A stretch of 61,587 nt of DNA, filler included, from Choristocarpus tenellus KU-1152 (Eukaryota; Protista; Phaeophyceae), in NCBI GenBank assembly GCA_964200185.2. It is 10 parts of 10 records of this genome, joined end to end, with 100 filler letters (N's around TTAATTAATTAA, not from the genome) between each part and the next. Parts side by side here need not be neighbours in the genome. Positions count along the whole stretch, not along the records: positions 11,373 to 21,589 come from CAXNAD020003066.1; positions 21,690 to 25,573 come from CAXNAD020017381.1; positions 25,674 to 30,944 come from CAXNAD020011299.1; 7 more parts are not named here. One strand, 5' to 3'. Position 1 is the stretch's first letter; each line of letters starts with the position of its first letter. Shown piece by piece: positions 12,740 to 25,749 of this stretch. The notes beneath the pieces were generated by a model, which was not told the origin of the DNA, did not search any database, and worked only from the letters and a program-made list of their open reading frames with translations. A program made the translations under genes and the position numbers.

Positions 12740-15000
12740 GTGAACCTTGTTGTGAGGTCTGAGAGAGACCTTTTACATGCATGTCAGTCATAATGAGTTG
12801 GGGAGAAGAGTGACCTGTTCTGGTGCCTTAAGCCTTGGAAAATGTCCATACACGACGGACTGACCTGACCCTGACCTTATGCCCTTCTTCCCACACTCCT
12901 CCAACTCACAGAAAGAACTTCCTTCTATTCTGAGACTTTGAGCTTTGGAAGTTACGTCTTGGATTACAAGTCGTTGGCTTTGAAATGACCAATTTGGTCG
13001 CGGCTTTGGAGAAATTTTTTTTTTACAATAATATATCGGGGATACAGATGGATAGGGCTTTCTTCCTTTTGTATGCACTTTTTAAAGTGCACCAGACGTC
13101 ATCAAACTCAACCCTGTGGACTTAATTGTTGCCTACTCCTCCATACGCTTCAGTTTCTGTTGTTCAGTCATACGCTCAATCTGGCACACATCAGGTCGTT
13201 CGTTCTTTCATCACACCCTTCCCATCCTCACCATTATCCTCTGTATACAGGAGGGCATGACTTTCGGCAGATGGGTTGATATCATATTCTTGATCTAGGT
13301 ACCCAATCCCACTGTCCTCAAGAGTTCCTGGGCATAGTTGTGGCTCATGAATTTAGTGACCCTGCTTGTGTGGTCTACACACTCCAAAGGAAGGGAAAAA
13401 GTGGAACCAGATAATTGACCTCTTGGGTTCTGATTTTTGTATCGGACTGGTATAATTTGCACAAACTACTCTTCAAAATGGCACTTGTAGGTATCGCACT
13501 ACAACCGATTACACTGCCTACGTTCATGTATTGCTTGTCATACACTGGATTCAGCCACCCCACTCCATAGTGAAACCTTGACCCCTCATCTCAGTTCTCA
13601 CACTTTTGTGGTTTAGTGTTGCCCTGCATCTACATTTTATTGTCAAGCAACGCTCAGTGACACTCGCCCTGTAACTTTGGTTGCCAAGAACACTTCCAGC
13701 CATATTTCCGTTTTTGAAAATATATCAATCAAAAAATTCGATTATTCGCAACCATAAAGTGTATCGTGGTAAGAATAAGTAGTATCGCAATAACAAGAAT
13801 AAAAATGAAGTACGCATGTATACACCAGCAATTACACCTACAACGCTTCCTCACTGAGAGATAAGTCATCCAAACTAGACGTATTTCATTGGTCGCTTTC
13901 TTCTCTTCCCAACAGTGGTGTGGTGGACGGATGGTGGGAGTCGAAAGCTTCAGTCTGCATTATTTCTTCCAAGAATCCAACACGCACTATCCCACACACA
14001 TGTTCCTCGTACAGAAGAGAATTCAGTAATAATCTGGAAGCAGTCAACCCCGATAATGTAGAAGGAACTGTCACTTGTTCCGACAAATGTTGATGAGAAG
14101 TAGTGCAGCGTGTAGTCCCTCTGACCATGGTTCAGGTGAGTCCCCACACCAAAGTGTAGGCAATAAACAAATCCCTTTTTTTCGCAACCTCGTGTTTATC
14201 ATCCTACACACTTGATTCCTTATGTATGTAGGGAATATTATTGTGATGCCTGACAATGGTTGCAGATAACAAATCTCGGTATTTTAAATGTGGAGGAAAC
14301 TTGCGATTGATCTGAATGGTCTTGAAGGGCAGTTCTGGATTCTCCACTTGAAGGCAAGTTGTCCAGTAAGGTGAGTAAAATCTGGTTGGAATAGGATCAG
14401 AACATGATATTAATTTTTTCTACTCTAGTGTGGAGTTAAGACCCTAGGCCTGACCTTACCTAGTCCACCTGCGTTCAGAGGTATCGTACACTGCACTACT
14501 TTCCACTTGCTGCATGTTAACTGATCTTTTGAAATCGTACAGGGACCTTCATATGTGATGGAGCACTGTTTTCATTTTTGCATGCACTTTCTATATGTGT
14601 GGTTACATCCAGACCCCAAAATGAAATCGTGATGGGTAGGTAGGTGGCTGGCTGGGTACCTGGGTACCTGGGTAGTTTTGTGGTCACACCCTACATTGTA
14701 TGAAGACTAAGGTGCATGATCCTTTCACGTTTCCTTCTACCTGGTGCCACTCACTGGGTGGGCATAGATCCTTGAAGACATTCAACTTGGTTTGCATTCA
14801 GTACCCTCAGCAACTGATACCTGTTGGGAATGTGAAACTCTTTGCCCCTCTGTACCGATTTTTCAAAATTAGATTTTTCTCCTCTCGAAGTACGAGAAAG
14901 TGAGGATTTGTAGATAATCATCCTGACAACTAAATACTTTTGCAACCTACTTCCTGTCACTCGAAATATGTAATGTGAGGGTAGGGTTCAAGATCTAAAT
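12740..15000 (-). mobile_element. Highly degenerate Ty1/Copia pol relic
   Basis: Interrupted minus-strand motifs in Copia order: DFILGSGC (protease, ~14620), DLLSATIV..AKKGDLFI, MSHNYAQELLRTVGL and ERPDVCQI (RT), SPIYYCKKK and TDMHVKGL (RNase H); many stops and frameshifts. Confidence 0.5.
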
Positions 15001-16745
15001 GGGTGCTTGTGGATGTAGATTTCCCTTCTTTGCACCTTCCTACTCGTGGAAAACGTTTATGGTGGAACTACAGGATCCCCACACTAATCAATGCAACCAA
15101 GAGGGACCAATCTAGGAGAGTGGTTTGTGTTCCATTTATGTTTCTGTTTTTGTTTTGTTCCTCACACCATATATATGCCGAAGGTGTTTTCTTTCTATCC
15201 TCTTCTATCCTCGATCGCGTAACACCTGATGTGGCTATCATTTCTTATCACTTTTCTCGGAAAATAAAATCCCATTCGCAAACATGTTGCAAGAACGCTG
15301 TTGGTCAAAGTCTTGTCAAATATTCCTTCCTATGTCTCACTTCTAACAACCATAATGGGCTACCGCCCACCTGTGACCAGGATGAGGTACTGCGGGGGGG
15401 GGAAACTACTAATACGTTGGCTACAACTACTTGCACCAAGTCCGTACCCTTCTTATCTCGTGTGTTGCGCTCATCCATCCCATTCCTCATCCCTTGTCAC
15501 TCCACCTCCTCCCTCAAATCATTTACACTCCTACTACTACTGCCACCATAGCCACAATAAACCCCTCCAACAACTTTTCATGTTGTTTTCCACGTTTTTG
15601 GTGCTATAGTGTTGGCAGTGACCTCAAGGATCAGACCGGTCTTGATTTTTTTGAAAGGTTGGTCAAAGAGTTATAAACGACGATCAGCATATCGAATGAA
15701 AGCTCTTTGGTCCAACCTATCGATTTCTGGAAAAGAATTCTTTCGCAAGAATCTTTTGGGAAGGTTAAATTCTAAGCGAATGTTTTCGGGACAACCTTGA
15801 TTTAAGTATGGTCCTGTGTTTCTCACGATTGCAGTAAGTTAACCAACCTACACCCATCAAATTAAGTTCAAGGTTGCTGATGCGATTTCAACAAACGAAT
15901 TTCCGTGAAAATAATTTTTGGTCGAAAGTTGTGGCACAACAAAGTTGATGCATGAGGTGAGTGGCAACACTGTATAGGGATCTGCTCATCCTTTACGTTA
16001 CATTACGTAACCAAACAAGTTACGAAGGATTTTTTTCAACTACTACGTTGGATGTTTCACTATGTTTTTTGATGGAAAAAGTGGCAAGTCTTTAACTTAT
16101 AACTATATCGCCTTCTTTTTTTTATGGTAGTTTCAATTTTGTCACTACAAAAATATCAGAGATAAATCTTTATGTGATGAAATCAAAATTTACTACCAAG
16201 TGGTACCACTACCACGTATTTAGAGGTTCTATATCCCATTACCCCACAACTACTTTCTGGACTGGTTCTTAGTGTTCGGTGTGTTATCATGTTCCATCTT
16301 GTCCAGATTTTCTACCCGAAAGCAGAAATAATGAGTCCAATCAAAATACAAAAGCAATAATGAGAAAACTTTACAGACCATGATATTGTTCTGTCTATTA
16401 GAGTATTGCTTCTTCCTTGCATTCCTCTAATTATTTAGTTAATATCAATTCAAGAAGCAATATTTGCTTTTTATTTTGAATGTCTTTATTATCCACAACC
16501 ATAATTTGTAAGTAACCCAATATATATATTGTTTGAAATATATAGAACGTTTCTGTCGAGTTAACCCGATCATAAGAATGTTCCCTGTATTTCACATCTC
16601 AATCTCGTGTGTCCTACATCGCTCATAAGCGATGTGGATCGATTATCTAATGGACAAAACGATAGTCAACACAGAGGTACCTGGCCTTCGTATTTGACTT
16701 CTCCCTATCGGATGTGAAACATTCACTGGGCATCTGTCCTGCGCA

Positions 16746-18509
16746 ATGCCCTCTCTACAAGAAGGAGGTGGTTTTGAGGTGGAGGACTTCCCGTTGTCTC
16801 CCATATTACGACATGATAGTGGCAGGAGTAACTATTGCTACAAGGGAGGGACGGGTAATAGTGGGACTTCACGGTTTTCGTTACGACCTTCTGTGGGTCC
16901 TTCCGTAATTGGCAGGTCTGCACCAGATAAATGTTACTATCTCGCCGCTGATAGGGGCGATACGCGGTTATTGAGGGAGTGGCTGGATTGTGGAGGGCAA
17001 ACAGATGTTCGTGATGCGGACGGTTGGACTCTGATGATGCATGCCAGCGTAAGTCTTCATTCCCGCCCCCAACGCTTGATCCAATCCTATCACAACGTTA
17101 TCACTTGTCCGTTGTAAACCTATCGTTCATGTCATCTTCGAAACCCGTTGACCAAGGATGCCAACCAAATTCCTCTCAGATATATGGCCAGGCGGAGTGT
17201 GTGCGTTTGCTGCTTGGCCGAGGGGCATCGGTTCATATCGTGTCTTACACGGGAAATACGCCACTCCATGGAGCTTCTGCCAATGACCATCTTGAGGTTG
17301 TTGCGATACTCGTGGAGGCGGGGGCGTCTGTAAATATCAAAAATGGTTTCGGAAACACTGCTCTGCACTCAGCAACATCCACAGGGAATACTACCGTTCC
17401 ACAGGTTAGAGTCTAAACCATCTCCATTGGTGCACTCTGGCCGGAATAAATGATATCTGACGGGAAGCATGGGTCCAGCCTTGAGTGTCATCTCTATGGC
17501 AGGAGTTCGAGGGATGTTGAAGGTTCTACTCCTCATAAGAATACGAATGGGTTGGTGAATAGTGCTACCACTCACCAGCTCGCCATGCCGCTCCCCTATT
17601 CGCTCTCCTTGCTGCTGCCAACCACCGAACTTCCGGATACAGTTCCTGTTGATGCACGGGTCAGATCCCAACGTGGAGAACTCCGTTGGGGAGACTCCTG
17701 ATCTTGTGGAAGGGGCAAGTCCTGAGGCATGTACGCTTGTGCGAGAGGCGAGGGCTCGAAGAGAAGGTGTGTATAGTAAGCCACATGCTGATTGCCTTGT
17801 TTGGTATATTTACGATCTCTTCGTATCATACATACCAAGGAACAGAGTCGTGGGCACTAACGCATGCTAGTTATTTCGCAAGAGTCTTTGGTGGTAAGAG
17901 CTGGCACATCTTCCAGATATGGAATGACAACACGGACTAACCAGTTATTGTGGGAGGCAGGTTGGACAGCAACTGCTTCAAGTATAGTGCTATTATGGAT
18001 CCAACCTCCAAAACGTTGCCCCTGTCATTCTGAGCCAATGGCTTGGAATGATCTGCTACTTTAGAGTGTTCGTGAATCTACACCTGAAATATTGACTTGC
18101 CGACTGAAGTTTCTTGATTTTTTTGAGGTGTCCATGTAATCTATACGTCCCTTCCCTATCCACTGGGTTATGTTGTGTTGTATATATGCCCCCATAGGTC
18201 ACAGAATCCCTCTCTCTGCCTAATGTTTTGAATTCTTGTTCTCCCTATTGGACTCTGTACCTCGTGCACCTTGCCATTGAATTTACAGCCCAAATTGCAC
18301 AGAGGATGGCCTTGTGCAAATTGCAGTGGAGTTGGACCAGTGGGAAGTTAGAGTCAATATGCTCAGACTTGAAGACTGCTGATGCTTTGCACACGACTCA
18401 AGAACTAGTAGAGAAAGAAGAGGACACATCTTTTGAAGCCGTAGTAGCAGGTGTTGTTGTCCTGCCACAAGAGGTGTTCCGACGAGTTGTGGGATTCTGC
18501 AGTGTGTAG
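16746..18509 (+). CDS. Ankyrin-repeat protein, 4 exons, ~290 aa, apparently complete
   Basis: Exons 16746-17048, 17180-17404, 17643-17766 and 18289-18509, all GT-AG and phase consistent (873 nt). Ankyrin motifs DGWTLMMHAS, GNTPLHGAS, GNTALHSAT, NSVGETP; C-terminus LPQEVFRRVVGF. Confidence 0.88.
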
Positions 18510-18749
18510 TGTTAGATGGGCAGAATTGTTCAAGAGAGTACCTACCCCACAACTTTTCCCCTCATCAGCAACGATGTCTCTAGACTATGCCGATGAATTT
18601 AGGATGTGGTTCAGGAGTACAGGGGTATTGATATATTTTTTAATACAAATTTATTGGATCGTGTGTGGTGTTTTACAGTTGACTTATCTTAGATTAGTAT
18701 GTTGCCTCGTTGGAGTTGTCAGGTGAAGGTACATCCCGACTTGTTCGAT

Positions 18750-21312
18750 GCATTGAGTACAATATATCAGGATAGGGGGTGGGACCATGTGAGTATATCA
18801 TTCTGCAGAGGGGAGCACATAGTCTACGCAGGCCCATGAAATGCACGACCCAACAAAACCTCCACTTTTGAAATTCAAGAGGTTGTCTCATCCCTTGTTG
18901 CATGTGGTGAGCACTTGCTTGGGGTTAGAGTACAGGGGTGGTTGTGCAAGTGTATATAACTATGATTTGGTGGGAAGATCTGACAAGCAAGGTTTTGTTA
19001 CATTCCAGTAAGTACAGGTCATGCAAGAAACTCATTCCTAAATATTTTTATTTTTCTAGTTTTTAGCAGTGCGTAACCAATATGTAGGGCTTTCATGGGA
19101 TCGTATCCAAGCTCTGACATGTTGGGGATAGGATGCAGTGCAAAATTGTGGAATCAAAGTCCACTTGTTCCAACAATATGTTCAATTGGTAACATGCCCT
19201 CACACCCAGAGCCAGCCTTTATAGTGAGGGGTATTTTGCACCTTACCAAGCTTAGATTTGCTTTTGAAAATATTGATTCACACTACGTAGTGTGAGACTG
19301 TATGGGTTTGTGTGGCTTGCCTTCTACAATATGGACAACTAGAATTATACAAGAGTATGTGAATGAACTGCTCTACGGGTAATATTTTGTTGAAACGATT
19401 TTTTCAAGTTGGACTTCGCACTTTACACTCTACTAGCTAATGGTCCATTAAAAGACAAATGGTGAGAAAAGCTTGTGTCAAAGAGAAGATTGTTGTCAAC
19501 AGGGTATGATCCCTTTGATATTGAAGCATTCTCCTGCATATGTACTATAGAGGTGAGGGAAGTGAGAATCGGGTATATGTGGCACAGTCAGTGTGGCGTT
19601 TGTACAGGAGGGACAGAGAGAGATTCGTAAGGCAGAAATGAAGGTCTCAGAGTAAATTGGTACGATAGGTTCTGGTGCGTAGTTATCCTACAATCTGTGC
19701 ATATATATGCTTGAGAATGAAAACTTTTAGTTGAAGATACAATATTTTATTGTTATGATACAGCTGGTCAGAGGTGGTACAAGACGTGCCCATTAAAAGT
19801 GGTTGATAAAAATCAATTGACGGAGGCAAACTTGTAAGTAGAGCTAAAATGTTTGTAAGTTTGAATCAGTTTGACTTGGTGTGGATGACCATAAACATGT
19901 TCGCTAAAATAATATATACTATGTGGTCCATTATTTTATACGCCTATTGTTGCTATTAATATTTACAGTAAGAGTCCAAGAGCATGGTGGAAAGTCGAAA
20001 GGTGGTCAAAGGAAGCCAACACATTGATGATTGCACATACAAGAGTCCTCATGACATTGTGGCTAAGGAGGCTGTTCCCTCCATGGATTTGTGGTTTCAA
20101 GCAAAATGCCAGACTTCTTTTCGCAGTAATCTAGTGCCAACTATCCATTTCTATGTAGTAAGAACAGATTGCATACCCATATTATCCAATTTTTGACTTA
20201 ACCACAAGAACATCGGACCAAGATAAAGGTGAAAATGTGAAGGCAAATCCAGGACAAGATTTGAGAGTGGAGACAGAGCAAGGAGCAGTGAGAGTGCTGA
20301 ACTTACAGCATGAGAAGCAAGACAGGAACGGAGGCAATACAATTAGTCGTAGAGCAAGATTAGAACAGTTGTTAGTTGGGAAGTTTATGAAGTAATCTGA
20401 GTTTGCAGGCGGGAGAATTCTGGTAGGACTGATGTACGGGGAGGGGTGGATGAAGAGTTAAGTGCTGAGGGGCTAGGAGGCAGAAGAAGTAGGAGAGAAG
20501 TCAAAAGAAATAGGTGGTAGGTGGTTCACGAGGTAGGAAAATTATCAGATTGTAAGGAAAACCTGAGACTGGGGGTACGGGATAAACAGGGCTAGAGCAA
20601 GACAACTTCTGAGCATTCTCTCCCACCCACACACCCTGTCGATTGCTCATGACCGACTGGGATGTTGGGAAGGAGGGAAGGGGTCAAGTTTGGATGAGGT
20701 AGATGTCTTCTAGTTCAAAGGCACGGTATGAAGTGGATGGTGAAGGGGTGTTCTTGGATGATTGTGGAGTGGTGTTGAATGGTGTGGGGAAGCGGAATGT
20801 GGTGGAAAGGTGTTGTGGAGAAGGGGTCACACTGTTTGGTCATCAGAGGTGGCAGGTGACTGGAAACCAGTGGTGAAGGGATTTCACTGGTTGGTCATCA
20901 GTTGGGGTGGGTGACTGGGAATCAGTGGCAAAGGGGTCGCACTGGTTGGTCATCGGATGTGGGGGGTGACTGGAAATCAATGGTGAAGGGGTTGCACTGG
21001 TTGGTCATCGGATGTGGGGCGTGACTGGAAACCAGTGCCAAAGGGATTTCGCACTGGTTAATCACCAAAGAAAGGAGGGCGGTGACTGGAAATCAATGCG
21101 AAAGGGGTTCACATTGGTTGGTCGTTGGAAAGGGGGGAAGGAATGGAAATCAGTGGTGAAAGGGGTTCATTCTCACTGGTTGGTCACAAGTGGTGGTACA
21201 ATGGGGAGGAGGAGAAAGGGTGGAATGCAAACATAGAATAATAATAATCCAGATTTCGTGAGCAAAGCAAAATGACAAGTTTTTAGTGTAGTGTGTGTGA
21301 TGCCTCTGACCA
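18750..21312 (-). mobile_element. Degenerate Copia-like gag/protease relic
   Basis: Minus strand GECFN (zinc-knuckle remnant) then LLFDTSFSHHL (protease-like, ~19470); Pro/Ser-rich repetitive 5' region; starts at a TGG PBS-like site near 21312. Confidence 0.4.
20815..21195. repeat. ~55-60-bp imperfect tandem repeat, ~6 copies
   Basis: Unit approx ggtgactggaaa(c/t)cagtggtgaaggggttgcactggttggtcatcggatgtggg. Confidence 0.8.
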
Positions 21313-21522
21313 TGGTTCAGGATATTCAAATCAATTTGTAGTTCCGATTTCGGTCAAACACACCAAAACTGTTGTTCAATAAAATTACTATTAAAGAACA
21401 CAATTTAAAAACGATTGGTCAGTCCTTACAATATCTACTATAATAATATAATAAAAATTAACAGAGGGGTACACACCACGTTTCCGGTCCACTTGACTGC
21501 AAACAAAGTCCATTCTCCATAC

Positions 21523-21589
21523 GAGTGAAACTATCTTAGAGGGTACGATTTTTTCCCTGTTTGTCCATTTGTGGTGCTTGGCTTCCCAT
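21523..21589 (+). mobile_element. MITE family A, left end, cut by contig end
   Basis: gagtgaaactatcttagagggtacg...ggcttcccat matches family A. Confidence 0.8.
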
Positions 21590-21689
21590 NNNNNNNNNNN
21601 NNNNNNNNNNNNNNNNNNNNNNNNNNNNNNNNNTTAATTAATTAANNNNNNNNNNNNNNNNNNNNNNNNNNNNNNNNNNNNNNNNNNNN

Positions 21690-21760
21690 CTCCGTGCCCA
21701 TCTCCCTGGCGACTCCAGCTTAAAACGCATGACACGTTGAGACAGTGCCACTTACGTAGT
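21690..21760 (-). mobile_element. CRE-like non-LTR retroelement 3' fragment
   Basis: Minus strand reads VALSQRVMRFKLESPGRWAR, closely matching 49994-50052. Confidence 0.7.
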
Positions 21761-22288
21761 CACCGATACAATTTAGATTTAACTACTCCTATATTGTATA
21801 TTGTTACATTCTCTAAAATTTTGATGTCTCAGGGAAAAAATCAAACCAAAATCACCAGGACCCCTCTAAAAGTAACCGTTGTCGAAAGTGTGATGATTTG
21901 TTTTACCTCTGATATGTTTCAGACGTGTCAGGGATTTTTTTTTTTTAACGACATCACAACGACTTCACTCAGTACTATATACTGGAAATATGTTGTAGTA
22001 ATCCGTAATGTCATCGGTTTCTTTCACACTCAATCCGTTTCATTGACACTGACAATATATTTGTAATAATGTAAAATTATGTCCTCTGACATTTTGCATT
22101 TATTTGTAATGGAAAAGCCAAACCAATATCACAAGAAACACTTCAAAAGTAACAGTAGTCTGAATAGTAGAATATACCTCTCCAAAATCTGTTTACGATT
22201 TGAACACTAGCTATACTACAATATCCCCTTAAAGGTTATTTAATACAATGTAATGTGTACACCGCTGCTATGCCTCTAACCTACCATA

Positions 22289-22548
22289 GAGCCAAAGTAA
22301 ACGAAAGATAGCCAGGTTTTGACCGTTTGACATTTTAAGTCAGTTTTCAATCTTCTGCAACTCACATTGATTTCTATGAAGAAAGCGCTAAGATTGTGTT
22401 GAGAGCAGTGATTTCTCTATTGATTGTTGAAAATTTTCGACAGGGCTAAAAAAATCCCCACAAGCATTTGTACAAAATCAGAAATTCAAATGTATTGCTC
22501 TGTATCCATAAGATGCAACCCTGGGTACCCTTCGTTTACTCTTGACTC
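22289..22548. mobile_element. MITE family B, 260 bp
   Basis: Imperfect ~28-bp TIR: gagccaaagtaaacgaaagatagccagg versus reverse-complemented right end gagtcaagagtaaacgaagggtacccagg; flanks ata/tta. Confidence 0.65.
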
Positions 22549-22949
22549 TTAGCCCTACAAAAGTTGGCGAGAAGCTAGGGAAGTATCCCAATGATCTGAA
22601 GGACACCTTCTTGCCCATCTGCCCCGTGTTTCTACGTTGAATATGATTTGCTTGCTTGTTGTGGAGTTCTCGTAACCATGCTGTCCTACGTTATAGACAA
22701 TCAAGAGGGTATGACGGACCTGACGGAGTGTTTGAGAACAGTGGGATGTTGACAGAACTTCAGGAGCAGAGGAGATAGAAGACCTTATTGATTATGAAGG
22801 TGGGTGTGCCAAGCACCGACCTACAGTGATTTTCAAGGCAAATATATTACTGATAACTTGATTAGGGGCTCCTACTCATGCAAATGTTTCGTTTGTTTTG
22901 CCCACCACTGTGTGACGATTTATGGAGAGTGCCTCTTGGTGGGACAATA

Positions 22950-24000
22950 TAACTCTTCGTTCATGCTGCTCTTCTTGCACCACCTACTGACACTCCAACT
23001 CCAATGGCTGACCTCCCACAGGTGATAATGGTTTCCAATTTGTTTGCCCTCTCATACAAAATGACCTACAATTCCAACCACCTCACCCACAACACACTCC
23101 AACAAATCCTATCCAACTTTCGTCCCTGCTGGAAAACGTCCATCCTCCATAAAACCCTCCCTAAGCTGTACTGAAAAATATATAGACGTGCAGGGTGCAT
23201 CCTATGGAGTGTCCTCTACCAAGGTGTTTTGAATTTTTGGGGAAGCAAGTCATTCCACATAGCCAGACTTGGACCTGCGTACTTGCCTCAAGCTATCTTC
23301 CCTACTCAATCACTACAATAGCAGAGAGGCTAGGACCCCTTTCTCAAGGGTTTTTCTTTACAACCACAGCTAAAGCGTAAACATATCTGGCCACGATCAT
23401 GGGGTATACCTGGAATTGTCCAGTATGCTAGTGCCATCCTCTTCAAAGATAATTTCCCCCTCCTTATTACATTACACTCATGGACCGACTTCATGGATTA
23501 CTGGTTTGGTATATTGGTAGGACTTTTTTTGGCTGCTTCCTTAAATCTGGCGTGTTTGGGTTAATTTGGCTGCACAAACTATCAAAGGAACAGACATGTC
23601 AAGTCAAGGGTTGTTGGAACCCATTTTGTGGCTTGACAAGTAAAGGTACAGCCGTACCCTACCTGTACACCTGTCCAACCGTGCACTATGACCATGCTAC
23701 GTTCGGTGGGTGACTACTGCCACATTCTCACCACAATTCAGGTAAATGTTGGTGAGGATATTACCTCCATGGGAACTACGGCACTATGCATTGAGGTGCC
23801 AACGATGAAATATGAAGATATTGTGCTTCGAATGCCAAAATCCCAGGAGGGAGGGATTGTACAAAGGGTCAGTGGTGTTGAGCCCATTACAGAAAGAGCC
23901 TTTGCTATATTGTTGTGTCGCCTTGTGTGTGGAAAGGGGGAGTATCGATTTATCTACACCCTTGTACATACAAAGCAATGAGATAGAGGGTAGTGAAGAT
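22950..24000 (+). mobile_element. Probable degenerate Gypsy integrase relic
   Basis: Fragments GDNGFQF (SDNG-like) and SVGDYCHILTTIQVN; heavily disrupted. Confidence 0.3.
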
Positions 24001-24806
24001 GGCTTTGAAATGCAAAAGGGTCCAAACTCTCAACATCTCAATTACTTTAGCTCATGATTGGTGACTGTGTCTTTGAATAATTGTAAGCTGCATAAACTTA
24101 ATCGCAGGGATATTGCCTAATGTCTGAATGTGCAATGCAACTCATGAAACATATGTTCCACATTTGTCAAAATTATATCATTTTTTTAGCCGTAACAGGT
24201 TGCTTTAATATGAGATTAGCCTTCAACAGGTATGAGAGACGTTAAAATCGCAACACTATACGAGTTGGTTCATGCCTGTACCGACGTACATGCAATAATG
24301 ATTTATGAAATCGCCAAACACGTCTACATCTAGATAGACGCCAGTGTTTCGAATCATGGCAATAGAATTGATCCGATTTGAACTAGATCGCAGTTTGATC
24401 AATACCGAAAATCTTGGGACCGATTAGTTGTCACAATATGCAGTGAGTGTGCCCAGTTAGGTACTCCAAAGACAGTGGAGGGTTACTCGCTGATATCAAC
24501 CCATCAACCAAATATGACCCTTTCATGTGCGGAGGATGATGGCAAGGAAGGTGAAGGGTCAGACAAAGACGCAGACCCTGCCTTGGAAGCAGACTGTGAG
24601 ATTGGAGGAAGACCGCTGTATCATGACCTGCCACTCATCACATAGATCACTGTTTGGAGTGTGTAGCTCCTACAGCACCATTTAATGGGGAAGGGGTAAA
24701 AGATGACTTGAAATCAGCCCAGGTAGGTGTTGGAAACAATTCAAGTCTAGTCAGTGCAAAGAGCGAGTGGAGAAGATGTGCAGGATGTCTGTCAAGGATT
24801 GAGTGA

Positions 24807-25065
24807 GAGAGAACGTATCTTGGAGGGTACAAGTGTTGCCCTGTTTGTCCATTTGAGGCTTGGCTTCCCATGGGTTTTTAATTACACTTTACCTACTCCA
24901 AAACATTTTGGAGTAGGGAAAATGTCTACGTTATGAAAAGGTCTGTCCGTAAGAAGGGTATTGACATCTCGAAACAAACACGATAGTCAAAATTACATCA
25001 AAATTGCAACATTGGATTTTGGCCCCCATATGGGCGTGGTTCCACCCTCTGAGATACTTTGCCCC
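24807..25065 (+). mobile_element. MITE family A, full copy
   Basis: TIRs at both ends; flanked by TGA/TGA. Confidence 0.85.
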
Positions 25066-25337
25066 TGAAAGAGAGTGATGCGTGGGATGTATACAAACCC
25101 ATTGGTCCCCATATTCCAAGGTGGACCTCTTCCTGTACCTCAAACCTGCCATCAGTCTTCAAGAGAACATTGATGGTCAATTACAGATTGTGACAATGTT
25201 GCTCGGGGGGGAGGGAAGCAGTTGGTACAATAATACAAAACAGAAAAATGAAGCACTTGGAGGAATGAAGCGTAGAAGTCAACCTCATCACCTGTCAAAC
25301 CTTTTCACAAAAATGCAATAAACAAATCTCTATGTTA

Positions 25338-25432
25338 GATGAAAGTATCTTAGAGGGTATGAGTTTTGCCCTGTGTGTCCGTTTGGGGCTTGGCTTCCCA
25401 TGTTTTTTTTTATGGCATTTTCCTACTTCAAA
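25338..25432 (+). mobile_element. MITE family A, partial copy
   Basis: gaaagtatcttagagggtatgagttttgccctg...cattttcctactt. Confidence 0.75.
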
Positions 25433-25749
25433 AGACTTCCCGCGATTTTTTGGGTGATTTGGTTGCATACATCGGATGGATAATGTAAATACACTTTTCC
25501 TGATTTTGCCCCAAATGGACACCCTGATGTAGACCCCCCCCCCCCCCCCCCCCCCTTTTATCCTTCATCATAGNNNNNNNNNNNNNNNNNNNNNNNNNNN
25601 NNNNNNNNNNNNNNNNNTTAATTAATTAANNNNNNNNNNNNNNNNNNNNNNNNNNNNNNNNNNNNNNNNNNNNCCCCCCCTTGTCTCCCGAACATTGTTC
25701 CCCCCCACCCCCCCCCCCCCCTCCCCTTTTCCCCCCCTCCCCAACTCAC

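Noticed and set aside
15003-15800. Overlapping 60-180 aa ORFs on both strands
   Set aside because: No recognisable motif or splice structure; lies in repeat-derived intergenic DNA
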